From positions 41,540,001-41,604,000 of the forward strand of contig OZ024749.1 of assembly GCA_964016885.1 (NCBI GenBank): a DNA stretch of 64,000 nucleotides, in the 5' to 3' direction. Under the pieces are notes generated by a model. It searched no databases and was not told the DNA's origin. It saw nothing but the letters and a program-made list of their open reading frames with translations. The number at the start of each line of letters is the position of its first letter. Positions within the stretch are counted from its first letter, which is position 1. Shown here one piece after another: positions 1 through 12,684 of the stretch. This stretch comes from Eledone cirrhosa (Eukaryota). The translations under genes were made by a program, and so were the position numbers.

Positions 1-367
1 ACGTCCATCTTCCACGCTTGCATGGGTTTGGACACGACCTCATTTGTTTCGGACTGGATGTTGTGGTACCAACATAACTTTACATTGAAAGGGGTGGTGT
101 GGATGGGGTGGGGGTAGTGAGACAGGGGTGTATTTTTGTTAGAGGTGCCTACTGACTGTAGTAGGTTTCACATATGTCATATATATATAAATACTTACAC
201 ACACATACTTATATATATCAAACTGAATAGTGAAAGACCAACAAAAGGTATACTGACGCAGGATTTTGTGGTATAAATGATAGAAAGAAAGAACAAGAAA
301 CAAGAAACAAGAAACAACAACAACAATACATGGTGTTTTAGTTTCATCAGTTGAAGATGATACTTAC

Positions 368-439
368 GGAGGAAGGAGAACTAGGAAAAAAATGTCTGGA
401 GAAAATGTTTCTGGAATAATTTCATCAAGCTTGGTAAAT
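368..439 (-). CDS. SLC9A: SLC9A/NHE coding exon 4 (R-FTKLDEIIPETFSPDIFFLVLLP-P); gene continues beyond window start
   Basis: TTTATTTAG acceptor, GTAAGT donor, 72 nt, phase 2 to 2. Contains the NHE TM signature DxFFLxLLPP. Confidence 0.9.
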
Positions 440-521
440 CTAAATAAATGGATGGAATATAAAAACATTTATTAAAAGCAATTACTTTAAAGAAGTAAGG
501 TGTGTAGATATACCATATATA

Positions 522-778
522 CAGGGGTGGTGGAACTGGGTAGGCCAATGGAGCCATGAGACCCCTCCCCCCACCAATAATTATATTTTTCTCCCCAAAC
601 TACCAAACACATATCTATTTGTATATGCACTACTATTTGTGTACATGTTACGTTTATTGCATATCAAAGTTTTTATTATATCTTGGTTGATATTTGATAA
701 TAACAGCTAAACTAATCACTACAACTAAATTGACCAAATCCCCCCCCCTCCCATTAAGAAATTCTTCCACCACCCCTG
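522..778. mobile_element. MITE with 14-bp TIRs CAGGGGTGGTGGAA
   Basis: Perfect inverted termini at 522-535 and 765-778, flanked by ATATA on both sides. Confidence 0.75.
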
Positions 779-814
779 ATATACTCGAATATAAGCCAAT
801 ACAAATATAAGCTA

Positions 815-1420
815 TAATAATGAAATAATAATGAAATTATTGTGTACAGTGCTCAGGTGCACTACAACTCATCAAAGGTGCATGTATAGTACATAGAATA
901 ATGTACAAATGTCAGGAAAATGAACAGTGTACGAGTCATGAAATACATGTGTGCATGTGTATGGAGGGCGGATATCAGGTATAGTGTTGGCGAATCTCAG
1001 GAAGCATGGAGGTTTTAAAGGATGCAGTGTCTTGACAGCTAATAACTGATGCAGGTAGTTTGTTCCATGCTTCAGAAACTCTGAGCGTGAAAAAATGTTT
1101 CCGAAAGTCATGGGAGCTGTGCTGTTTTCTGACTTTGTATGTATGCCCACGTGTGTTAGACACATGGAAATAAAAAAAGGTGCTCAGGGGTGTTGTTGGC
1201 AAGATGGTAAATGATTTTGTGGGGGCTTACCAAGTCAGTTGCCAGACATCAGAGCTTCAATGTATCCATGCCCAGGGAAGCAGAGTATGGTAGATGCCTG
1301 ATGGAGGGTATTCGCTTGGTTGCATGTCTCTGAACAGTTTCCAGGCAGTCAATGTTCTGAGCAAGATAGGGGTTCCAGACTGGTGATGCAAATTCTAAGT
1401 GTGGCCGCACCATAGCTTTT
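815..1420 (-). mobile_element. Degraded 3' fragment of the same CR1 family
   Basis: Near-identical to 31810-32365, with deletions and frameshifts. Confidence 0.9.
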
Positions 1421-1714
1421 ATATGTTTGAGAATTAGGCAAAAATCCAAACTTTATTTATGTAGAATTTATGTAGAATTTATGTAGAATTTGAAGTTGGT
1501 GAAAATCATCAAAATATTGACCTTGAATATAACCATCCCCCCACTTCTACCATCGATATTTTGGTCACATATTCCTTGGCATATATTCGAGTATATACAG
1601 TATTTAAATACGTGTAAATCTGATGGTTTGGCTTCAAATGTTTCAATGGTGGAATAGAGATTCATTTCACCATTGAAATGGCTTGGGTTTCACTGTCAGG
1701 TTTACATGTAGAGG

Positions 1715-2065
1715 GGTAGTGTTGGTGCCATGGTAAAATACACCCAGTACACTCTGTAAAGTGGTAGTGTTGGTACCATGATAAAATACATCCAGTACAC
1801 TCTGTAAAGTGGTAGTGTTGGTAGCCTGATAAAATACATCAAGTTCACTCTGTAAAGTGGTAGTGTTGGTGCCGTGATAAAATAAACCAAGTACACTCTG
1901 TAAAGTGGTAGTGTTGGTGCCATGATAAAATCACCCAGTACACTCTGTAAAGTGGTAATGTTGATGCCATGATAAAATACACCCAGTACACTCTGTAAAG
2001 TGGTAGTGTTGGTGCCACAGTAAAATGCACTCAGAAAGCCATCCAGCTGTAGAAATCAAGCCAAA
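1715..2065 (+). repeat. ~48-bp minisatellite (about 7 units) derived from a SINE tail segment
   Basis: Unit GGTAGTGTTGGTGCCATGATAAAATACACCCAGTACACTCTGTAAAGT runs into CATCCAGCTGTAGAAATCAAGCC of the SINE tail. Confidence 0.85.
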
Positions 2066-2102
2066 GTGGAATGTATAAGTGAGGAGTGATCTTCTGACCT
2101 GT

Positions 2103-2143
<41 letters not shown>

Positions 2144-2270
2144 ACCCCCCTCTCTCTCTCACACACACATACATACAAAAACTTGTGAAATTATAAAACC
2201 AGAAGAACATACATACATGCATACATACATACATACATACATACATACATACATACATACATACATACAT

Positions 2271-2757
2271 AGACAGATGGCACTAAGGAATACTGGTGAA
2301 ACCTGAAAATAAAAACTGCCACCAAATTAAAGCACAACCGACCTGATATTGTAGTTTGGGACCACACATTGAAAACGTGTTCTGTTGTGGAGATCAGCTG
2401 CCCACTTGATGTAAACGTTGTCAGAAAAATACAGGAGAAGGAGGACATCTACGGACCATTGATGAGGAGTTTACAAATCCAGTATCCAAGATACACCTTT
2501 AGCTTCATACCCATCATTATTGATGCTACGGGTTATATACCAACCCGCTTGGACCAAAGTATGACTGAACTTGGATTTGCGGACAAAAAGCGCAGCTCCC
2601 TAATTCATAGTCTACAAATGGCTGCGATAGCTGGCACCTTCAAAATTTGCAAAACATTCTTGCGATTCAAGGGATGACAATTTCTTTTCTTTTACAACCT
2701 TGCCACCAGGAAGGTGGCCGGTCAAAAAAATATACTCGAAGTTAAGAGAAAGAGAAA
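2271..2757 (+). mobile_element. 3' fragment of an R4/Dong-like non-LTR retrotransposon (restriction-like endonuclease domain)
   Basis: EYW*N.KIKT...KHNRPDIVVWD...VVEISCP...EK...Y...IPIII (PD-(D/E)xK-type RLE). One in-frame TGA. Flanked by (ATAC)n on both sides. Confidence 0.8.
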
Positions 2758-3130
2758 ACATACATACATACATACATACATACATACATACATACATACA
2801 TACATACATACAAACAAACAAATCTTGTAGAACTACACAATGCCACAGCATGTGATAATCACCTGCAGAAAATATTATTATCACCATAAACAAGACTTTA
2901 CAAAGCAAAGAGGTTATATAACAAGGGAGATAACAAAGGAGATTGATAGCAAGAGTATGAGATAAGGTAGAAGATAGATAACAAGAGAGGGGCGGATAGC
3001 ATGGAGAGATAGTAAGAGGAAGAGATAGCAAGTTAGATACAAAGGAAGCTAGTGAACAAGGAAAGAAGATATTAGTATATATATGTGTATGTATACATTT
3101 GTTACATATATATATATATATATATATATA

Positions 3131-4260
3131 CTAGCAGTGTATCCCGGCGTTGCACGGGTAAGAACATTGGTAATAGCACCTCCAATGAGAAACGTTTATT
3201 TGTGAGTGCCTGTTAAAAACTCACAAAAATATACCGACAGGAAACTTGTTTTATTTGAAGAAAATTAAGAAGTTGAAAGTACAGTTTAGCTGTCTACGTG
3301 CATTGTTCATAGAAATATTGTTGAGCCCCTTCTTTTCATACTCCTCTGTTTTGGCCTTTTGGAGTAAATGTGAAAGAGAAAGTCACAGGTTAAGTTGGCA
3401 GAAGCTTCCAGTGTCATAGCAGTAAAGCGTAGGCTACTTACCTCAAAAGTTCATTTGCACTCTTTCCACTAAGTTACTCTTTCTCTCTATCCCTCTCGGT
3501 GCAGTCCTTTGCGAATTTCTCGCGTAGGCCTGGTGTAGATTTGCACCCGATACGGCTTTTGGAGGAAGGAATGACCAGCAGTACGTTGTTCGGTATTATT
3601 ACGAAAAGGTGTAGCAGAGAATCCCGCGTGAAGTAACAGCTCGGGAGGAAACTGCTTACCTCGAAGATTCATTTGCCATCGTTCTTGTCAATGCTCCGTT
3701 TAGTTGGTATTTGTTGGTCTACAGTTAGATGAATGGCGCACAAAGGGTTAATGTTTATTGGCAAGAAGTGCAACTGGGCTGGCTTGCCTCGCTTATATTA
3801 TATATTAAAATAACAGATTAAAGTTTAAGCAAAAAATCGCTGCTTTCACCCTTAACGGGATCTTCTGAAACTAAAAAAATCAATCTGTGAACGCAGAAGT
3901 AAATATTTCGAAAAACGTTGCAACCGAAGGAAAACAGGAGGACGATACTTTGGTTCGTGAAGACGTTCCCTGGCAATGAACGGAAAATAGCGAACATAAT
4001 ACGTCATCAATGTTTGTCAGAATGTCGTAATGCAGACAGCCAGGCATACAGACAGATATTATAAGGGCGCGACGGAGATGGATAACCGGTGCTTAACAAC
4101 AGAAAATTGAAAAATAAAAGCTGCAGTTAATATCTTTAGACCCCAAAGAATATATAAATGCAAGTTTGAAGTCAATCGGAGTAGAAATGTGGATTTGTGT
4201 AGACTTTGCAAAAATGAGGACACACACACACAGACAACTACAGTTTTATATATATGTAGA
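3131..4260 (-). mobile_element. Non-autonomous Helitron
   Basis: Minus strand begins TCTACATATATATAAAA followed by (TG)n and ends with the GC-rich hairpin CCCGTGCAACGCCGGG followed by CTAG-T. Confidence 0.75.
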
Positions 4261-4267
4261 GATATAT

Positions 4268-4501
4268 ACAGGGTGTTTCAAAAAATTTGATATCAATGGC
4301 CTGTTCCCAAGGTTGTCACATTGAAATATATATTGTGAATTAATGTTATAACGTGGACATGTTTTGAGGAATAAATCTTTTGTTGCTCAACATGAAGCCT
4401 GCTTAGTTTCGTTGTCCTAGACTTTGTAGTTTCTGGGATATTTACATCTCAAATGATATTAAAATCTCAAAAGATATTAAATTTAAATATTATGAAACAC
4501 C

Positions 4502-4506
<5 letters not shown>
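4268..4506. mobile_element. Tc1/mariner-type MITE
   Basis: TA-CAGGGTGTTTCA ... TGAAACACCCTG-TA. Confidence 0.8.
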
Positions 4507-4558
<52 letters not shown>

Positions 4559-5152
4559 TATCGTCCGATACGTTAAGACCCTCTTCCTGCTATATCAAGC
4601 GTTAACCTAATATATCCCTTCCATATAGTGTACTGATTGTGTTGTTATTTCTGTTTACCTTTTACATACATATATATATATGTATACATATATATATATT
4701 AATTAAACACTTACATCATAATATGATTTACAATTGTTTCATCCTCATGGGACTTATCAAAATCGATCATTTTATAAATAATTACCTCAACACATTCATC
4801 TTCTCAAATGCACAAAAATTCTGCAGATTTTTGTTTACATTTTACAAAACACTTTAGTCCAAGGTATATATATATCATCATCATCATCGTTTAACGTCTA
4901 TCTTCCACGTAAGATTGGTCGGGTGACCGTATCTCGCTGTATAGGACTGTCTGGCAAGTTTTCTACGGCTGGGTGCCCTTCCTAACACCAACCACATTTT
5001 CAGTGTGGACTGGGAACTTTTTACTGCGTTACCGACACGGCCACATTACCGCATGGACTGTGTGTTTTTATGTTGTGACACCTACATTATCTCATTAGTT
5101 TGGACTGGATGTCGTGGAACCAACATAACTTTACAGAGAAAGGGTTGTGTTG

Positions 5153-5189
<37 letters not shown>

Positions 5190-5284
5190 ATTGTTTCTAC
5201 TTTTGGCACAAGGCCAGCAATTATCGTTGACTATTATTTAGATTTAGATTTATCAATGACTATTATTTAGATTTTTTTTATCTC

Positions 5285-5325
<41 letters not shown>

Positions 5326-6679
5326 CAATTCTCAGACCGGGTGATGTGTTGTTTCCTTGAGCAAGACACTTTATTTCACATTGCTCCAGTTTACTCAGCT
5401 GCAGAAATGAGATGATAGGGACTGCAAAGTGGTCGTGGAGGTGCCACGGGAAAAAAGCACCCAGCACTCACTATAAATGAGGTTGGTGTTAGGAAGGGCA
5501 TCCAGCTGTAGAAATCAAGCCAGAATCAGTTCCCGTCCCACCCTTGCAAGCAGGGAAAAAGCGGACGTAAAATGAAATGAAATGAAAATGAAATAGTATA
5601 TGTAATTCAGTAAGTTACCAGTGAAGGGACCAAAGTAAGCACTTGATGCACAAACAGAGTGTATATATTAAGCAAAATGATAAAATTTCGTTTACATGTA
5701 ATTATTTTTCTTTATTGTGTATTGCCGAACTGTTTTGCACATTTCAGAGGATTGGTTCAAGGTCACCCATAGAAGTTATGGACCCATTATCGATCTGTTC
5801 ATCAAACTGGTGATTGAACAAAAAAATGCAGTCTTTGTTGTCATCTATGAGATCATCATCACTATCATCATCATCATTTTATGTCCGCTTTTCCCTGCTT
5901 GCAAGGGTGGAACGGGAACTGATTCTGGCTTGATTTCTACAGTTGGATGCCCTTCCTAACACCAACATCATTTACAGTGAGTGCTGGGTGCTTTTTTGCC
6001 ATGGCACCGCCATGACCACTTTGCAGTGGAATGATATGGACTCCAGTCCCTATCATCTCATTTCTACAGCTGAGTAAACTGGAGCAATGTGAAATAAAGT
6101 GTCTTGCTCAAGGAAACAACAAGACACTTTATTTCACATTGCTCCAGTTTACTCAGCTGTAGAAATGAGATGATGTATGTTGGGTATATAAACTACATTT
6201 AAATATGAATGAAACTTCATCGTTTTCCTTGATATACATATTTGTATATAGTTGAAAATGAACGAACAAAACACAAGAGGCAATTGTACACAATTATATT
6301 AGGTTCATGTTTAGTGGAAGTAGAGGAGGTGTCAATGTTTCGGACGTAAGTTCTTCATCAGGAAAGTTTGGATAGGGGGAAAACAGGAACTCTGAGAATT
6401 AGTAAGGAGGGTTTTAAGAAGGGAATTTACAAAGTAAAAAATACAATATAATGATAAAAACAAAGATAAATATAAAAATAAAAATAAAAGGGGTAGAGGG
6501 GGTATAGACTCAGGGTGGGGGTAGGGGGATGGCAGAGGTGTGGTAGTGTGTGTGTGTGTGTGGGTTGAAGAGGAGAAGGGGGAGAGAGGGTATATATATG
6601 TGTGTGATATATATATGAAGAGATATACAAAAAGTAAAAACAAACAAACAAACATAAAATATATAAAACAAGAACTCAC

Positions 6680-6721
6680 CTTACAACACAACCAAAAGCT
6701 ATACCTACACACAGCAGGAAA
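6680..6721 (-). CDS. SLC9A: SLC9A/NHE coding exon 3 (C-FLLCVGIAFGCVV-R)
   Basis: CATTCCAG acceptor, AG|GTGAGT donor, 42 nt, phase 2 to 2. Hydrophobic helix like the NHE CLLIxxGxxxG segment. Phases agree with both neighbours. Confidence 0.85.
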
Positions 6722-7219
6722 CTGGAATGATATATAAATATATACAGCGAAATGTATTTATGTATGTATGTTTTAGATATTTTCTGCTAAATCGTTACAG
6801 CATGTTAAAAGATAATGCTGCATAATTTCACAAAGACCTATCCACTAGTAAAGATACTACAAACATTTGAATTAACAAAATTATATTTAGATATTTTCTG
6901 CTAAATCATTACAGGATGTTAAGAGATAACTGTTTCTACTCTAGGCACAAGGCCAGCAATTACCCAGTACATTACTGGTACTTTATTTTATCGACCCCGT
7001 AAGGATGAAAGGCAAAGTTAACCTCGGCGGGATTTGAACTCAATTCGTAAAGGGACGTAACTATGCTAGAAAGCATGGCGTCCAATCCTCTACCGATACT
7101 GCAAATACTACATGTTTTCAAAACAATCTTTCTACCAGTAAAGATACTATAAACATTTGAATTAACAAACGGGTTTTTAAATATTTTCTGCTAAATTCAA
7201 AGATTAGGATTGATTTCAA

Positions 7220-7690
<471 letters not shown>

Positions 7691-7774
7691 GTTTCATTGT
7701 AAGGAAAGGTACAAAATCATGATGGCTGAAAATAAGCCAGTCAATAGGCCCTGCTAATGTTAAACAACACTTAC

Positions 7775-7820
7775 CATGATTCCGGTATGTACAGGGTCAG
7801 TCTGTGGCAATGATGGAAAC
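7775..7820 (-). CDS. SLC9A: SLC9A/NHE coding exon 2 (GFHHCHRLTLYIPES-C)
   Basis: TTTGTTCCAG acceptor, GTAAGT donor, 46 nt, phase 1 to 2. Matches the NHE motif GFH...PESC. Confidence 0.9.
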
Positions 7821-7900
7821 CTGGAACAAAGAATACGCATGTATATACAAGCTAAATATATATACATCCATCCATCCATCCATCCATACACACACAAACA

Positions 7901-7982
<82 letters not shown>

Positions 7983-9014
7983 AAAGATGAATATAAAATG
8001 AAAGTGCTTTCATAAAGGAATTTATTAGGTATTGACATATGTTTCTGTAACAGACGGAATACCTATGTATCGCTGCTTGCGCAATCATATAATGTTAGCA
8101 AGTATTCGATAGCAAATGTATAATCAGTTGTCACTTCTTCAGAGATATTGGATAAAAGTATTTATATTAGTTGTAAGAAAGGAAGAAGAGAAGGGATAGT
8201 ATATGACAGATGGCAATTCAATTTACTTGTAAACAAGTATATAAAGGGTTTTTAATGAGAATACAATGAGTATATGGCTTATTTTATCTAAATAAGAATT
8301 TTTGGGAGTGCCTATTTTAATCTATATTTGACCAATTGAACAATGGACAGGGCTGGTCGTTTGGTGTAGTGGTATTAATACAGATATAGGCAACATGGTA
8401 AAAACATCCCAGTCCCACACTGTAAATGTGGTTGGTGTTAGGAAGGGCATCCAGCTGTAGAAAACCCGCCAGACAGTCCTATGCGAGCAAGACAACCACT
8501 CTTGCCTCAAGTGGGAAAACTCCCGTCCAAACCCATGCAAGCGTGGAACATGGACGTTAAACGATGATGATGATGATGATGATATAAGGTGTCAAGTAAG
8601 GAAGAGGGAGATTTTCACTGCTACTATATAACAACAATGCTGGTAGCCTGCTGGTATATGCATTAGGGAATTGAATTAAGAAATCTCATTTTATCTATAG
8701 CAGTTTATATCAAATGGTAAAGAATAGAAGAGTTGATAGAATTAAGACTAATAGAGAATGTTAATATGTATTTTGACAATCAAATGGAGATGGAGACAGG
8801 CGTTCAATCCTGGTAGCGTTTGTAATATGAAAATGTAGATTTCAAGCGATATATATATAATAAATAAATAAATTATACAATTATCAAAGTTGTGTTCAAA
8901 TCATTTAATAGCTGACAATCGTTTCTTCCAAACTCTCGTTTGGAATCATCGGAGCATTATCAATGTTTGCACATATAATTAACCTCCTATTCAACTGAAC
9001 AATAATATAGATAC

Positions 9015-9467
9015 ATGTTCTCCCTAAAAATGAAAGGCAGGTTGTACGATGCCTGCATACGAACAGCAATGTTGCACGGCAGTGAGACCTGGGCATTGTG
9101 TGCAGAGGATATACGCAGACTAGAGAGAAACGAAGCTTGCATGCTCCGCTGGATGCGTAATAGTAATATACGTGAACGGCAAAGCATAAACGAACTAAGG
9201 AAAAAATTAGAAATAAGAGGGATCAGATGTTGTTTACTCGAGAGAAGGCTACGTTGGTATGGTCACGTGATGCGCATGAAGGACGATAGCTGTATAACAA
9301 AGTGCAGGGCAATAAAGATAGACGGTAGCCACGGAATAGGCAGACCCAGAAAAACCTGGGACGAGCTGATAAATTCCGACCTCACACACTTACACCTCAC
9401 CAAGACAATGTCACTGGACCGAGACCTTTGGCGGTACTCAGTAATAGAGAAGACCCGCCTTACCTAA
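9015..9467 (+). mobile_element. RTE-clade LINE 3' fragment (post-RT C-terminus)
   Basis: KGRLYDACIRTAMLHGSETW...RRLRWYGHVMRM...GRPRKTW...DRDLWR. Confidence 0.88.
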
Positions 9468-10254
9468 ATACAAAGTAAAACCTACTACAGTCAGTAGGCA
9501 TCTCTAACAAAACACACCCCCGTCCCACCACCCCGACCCCATCCACACCGCCCCTTTCAATGTAAAGTTATGTTGGTGCCACAACATCCAGGCCAAAACA
9601 AATGAGATCGTGTAGGTGTCACGTCAAAAAAACACACAGTTCACGCTGTAATGTGGCTGTGTAGGCAACACGGTAAAAACCTCCCAGCCCCACACTGTAA
9701 ATGTGGTTGGTGTTAGGAAGGGCATCCAGCTGTAGAAAACCCGCCAGATAGTCCTATGCGAGCAAGATAACCACTCTTGCCTCAAGTGGGAAAACCCTCC
9801 GTCCAAACCCATGCAAGCATGGAGCACGGACGTTAAACGATGATGATGATGATGATGATGATAAATTGATGTTGTGAGCAACAGTTTCGTATTTACAGGG
9901 TGGAATGGATGTGACATATATTTTACAAGAATTGTACAATAATTGTACAAACATTCAAGTTCAAATTCAAATTCAAATTCAAATTCAAATTAAATTAAAA
10001 TCAAAAGCACGGAGTGGAATACATGCAACAGATAAAACAAGGGCATTGAGGAAGAAGTTTTGAGAAAGGAAGAGTGCATTAACAATTCATATGCAGGTGT
10101 GTGGATAGTGCAACTGCGTAAGTCATATATTTTCCTGCTATGTAAAACAACTGATGTTCATACATTGAGCTATTTCTCTTACTGGTAATAAGGTAATAAG
10201 AGATTACTGACCTTCCTGTTGATAGTTGTTTACACTATATACATAACTATAAAT

Positions 10255-10299
<45 letters not shown>

Positions 10300-11218
10300 G
10301 TATATATATATATAAATAAAAGGATAAAGATCCCATAACTTCTTGTGGAGTTATAGCGGCACCGTCACACAGTATGTCTAGGCTACTTTTAAACCTGGCG
10401 GAACCCAACCCTCTCCAGCTCTGAACACAGCCAAATTTTTTCTATAGAGGAAGAGCCGACCCCAATATTGATACACACACACACACATATATATATAGGA
10501 AGTGAGAAAGAGATACAGGGGTGATCAAGCTTGCATGTCGTCCCTGGCTGAAAATTTCATTGGGACCCTTGTGTATTATTTATGGGAGCAAATATTTAGT
10601 TTAAGATTCTTTAAATATAGTGAGGCCCCAGGCTGTAGTCCCCTTCCCAATCTGCCATTGTTTGAGAATATGTAAACATAGATTGGGAGTTATATATATA
10701 TATATATATATATATAGCATATATATGACTTTTGATAGATATAAATACTGTTTTGAAACTTTTGATAAATATAAATACTGTTTTGAAACTTTTGATAAAT
10801 ATAAATACCATTCTGAAACTTTTGATAGATATAAATACCATTTTGAGGGATTTACTAAAATTACTAATTATTTTAATATAAAATTATGTTAGAAGATTTA
10901 AATTTAAATAGGAGCTATTTAAAATGGGAAGTTCTGCTTCATAGAACCAGAGCTGGTTTTGGTTGGGTTGTTCTCAAAAGAGATAAATAGGTAGTTTTGT
11001 TTCATAGAACCAGAGCTGGTTTTGGCAACATATCAAAAGGGTTAAATAGAGTCCCTTTAAAATGGGTGGTTTGGTTTCATAGAACTAGGGCTAGTTTTGG
11101 CCAGGTTGGTATAAAAAAAGGTAAAAATAACAGCTTTGTATCATTGAACCAAGGGTGGTTTGGTATCAAAAGATTTAAGACTTAAAAAAGAAAGTGAATC
11201 TAGTGAAGAGTTACCTAC

Positions 11219-11795
11219 CAACAGCCAGGAAAACTGCGGCTAATGTGCAACAGGCGACATATAAAATGATTGATGTGTGTTCAATCTTAAACTGAACAAG
11301 ATGGATATGTTGACTAATGATGATAGCTTTTATAGATCCATTTTTGTATCTGGCAGTAGTAATCTCACTACTGGAACTTCCATTTCCCTGTAATGTTGTT
11401 TGGTCAGATACATTCTGGGAAGGAGTTGTTGGTGTAGAGATGTTCAAACTATTAGAAGTCTGTATTTTCTGTGGAGATGTAGCAGTTGTTTTTGAAATAA
11501 TTGTTTGTGTTTGCGAGGAGACTGTGGATATACTCTTCGCAAAAGTTCCTGGTTTCATTTGTGTAGGTGATATTTTAGTAGGATAAATTTTGGTGGGATT
11601 GCCATATTGTGGGTTTAAATTCAATTTGACTGGTGTCATGGATTGGTTTGAATTAAGAACCTTTAACAAAAGTTTAGTGGTTCTGTTTGGTAGAATTATA
11701 TTTGGTAATGTTTTATTTGGTGAAGTTATATTTACAGGGGTTGACATCTTAGCCAGGAAAATCAGGCAAAGAAGTGTATTCCATATAAAATCCAT
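11219..11795 (-). CDS. SLC9A: Na+/H+ exchanger (SLC9A, NHE1/2/3-like), first coding exon: signal peptide, S/T-rich ectodomain and first TM
   Basis: ATG at 11795 (MDFIWNTLLCLIFLAK...), in-frame TAA just upstream. 192 codons end ...HLVQFKIEHTSIILYVACCTLAAVFLAV-G, then phase-1 donor G|GTAGGT. Polypyrimidine acceptor TTCTTGTTTTAAAG at about 11827 implies an upstream non-coding exon. Splices in frame to a recognisable NHE sequence. Confidence 0.85.
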
Positions 11796-12684
11796 CTCAG
11801 ACAATTAAAGTAGAAAATGGTGAAGCCTTTAAAACAAGAAGAGAAAAAAAATAACAATGATTAAGAATATGTATAAAATATATATAAAATATATATAAAA
11901 TATATATAAAATATAAAAAAACAAAAAACCCTCATCTAACTCATACAAGTGTGGAAAAACAGAGGTAAAACAACGATGATGGTATACAAAATACAAATAA
12001 AGTAAAAGATGTATATAATCAGATCTGACCAAGGAATCAATGTCTTTCCATTGCTGATAATATCTGCTGGTTGTAACTCCTGGCAGAGCGAGGAGGTAGT
12101 AATGTGAAAGGAAATATTTTGGTCAAGAATGTGATACACCACTTGGTCAAGGTATTGAACCTATGATCTTATGGTTGTGAGTCTAACACCCTAAAACAAC
12201 TGGATCTGGTGTGGTGGAAACATAGACAGAATAGAGAGAGAGAGAGAGAGAGAGAGATGTGACAGAAGGAGTTGGGTGTAACTATTTAGCTCTGTGGAGC
12301 AGAGACTGTTATAGTAGCGGTAGAAAAGTCAGTGAGGAGACAGCATGTTTGCAGGCATTATGATTGCAAACCCAATACCCTAACCACTAGGTTGTAAGGC
12401 ATTTTATACTGAGTGATTTGTTGGGTGGCATCACAAGAAAGGTTCTCTTACTCCATACAGAAGTCCCTCAACATAACAATAATTGTTTCTACTTTTGGCA
12501 CAAGGCCAGCAATTACCCAGTGTATTACTGGTACTTTATTTTATTGACCCCGTAAGGATGAAGGCAAAGTTAACCTCGGCAGGATTTGAACTCACTGCCA
12601 ATCCACCGCCTTTCAACATAACAATAATGATAACTATCAGTACAAAGAGATCAAGGTTCCTAGATACATTGCCTTCATTTTGAA

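Larger units (their letters stand above)
511..1602. mobile_element. pogo/Tigger-like MITE interrupted by two insertions
   Basis: Termini TACCATATATACTCGAATATAAGCC and GGCATATATTCGAGTATATACAGTA. Internal sequence matches the reverse complement of the intact copy at 60685-60882. Confidence 0.75.
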
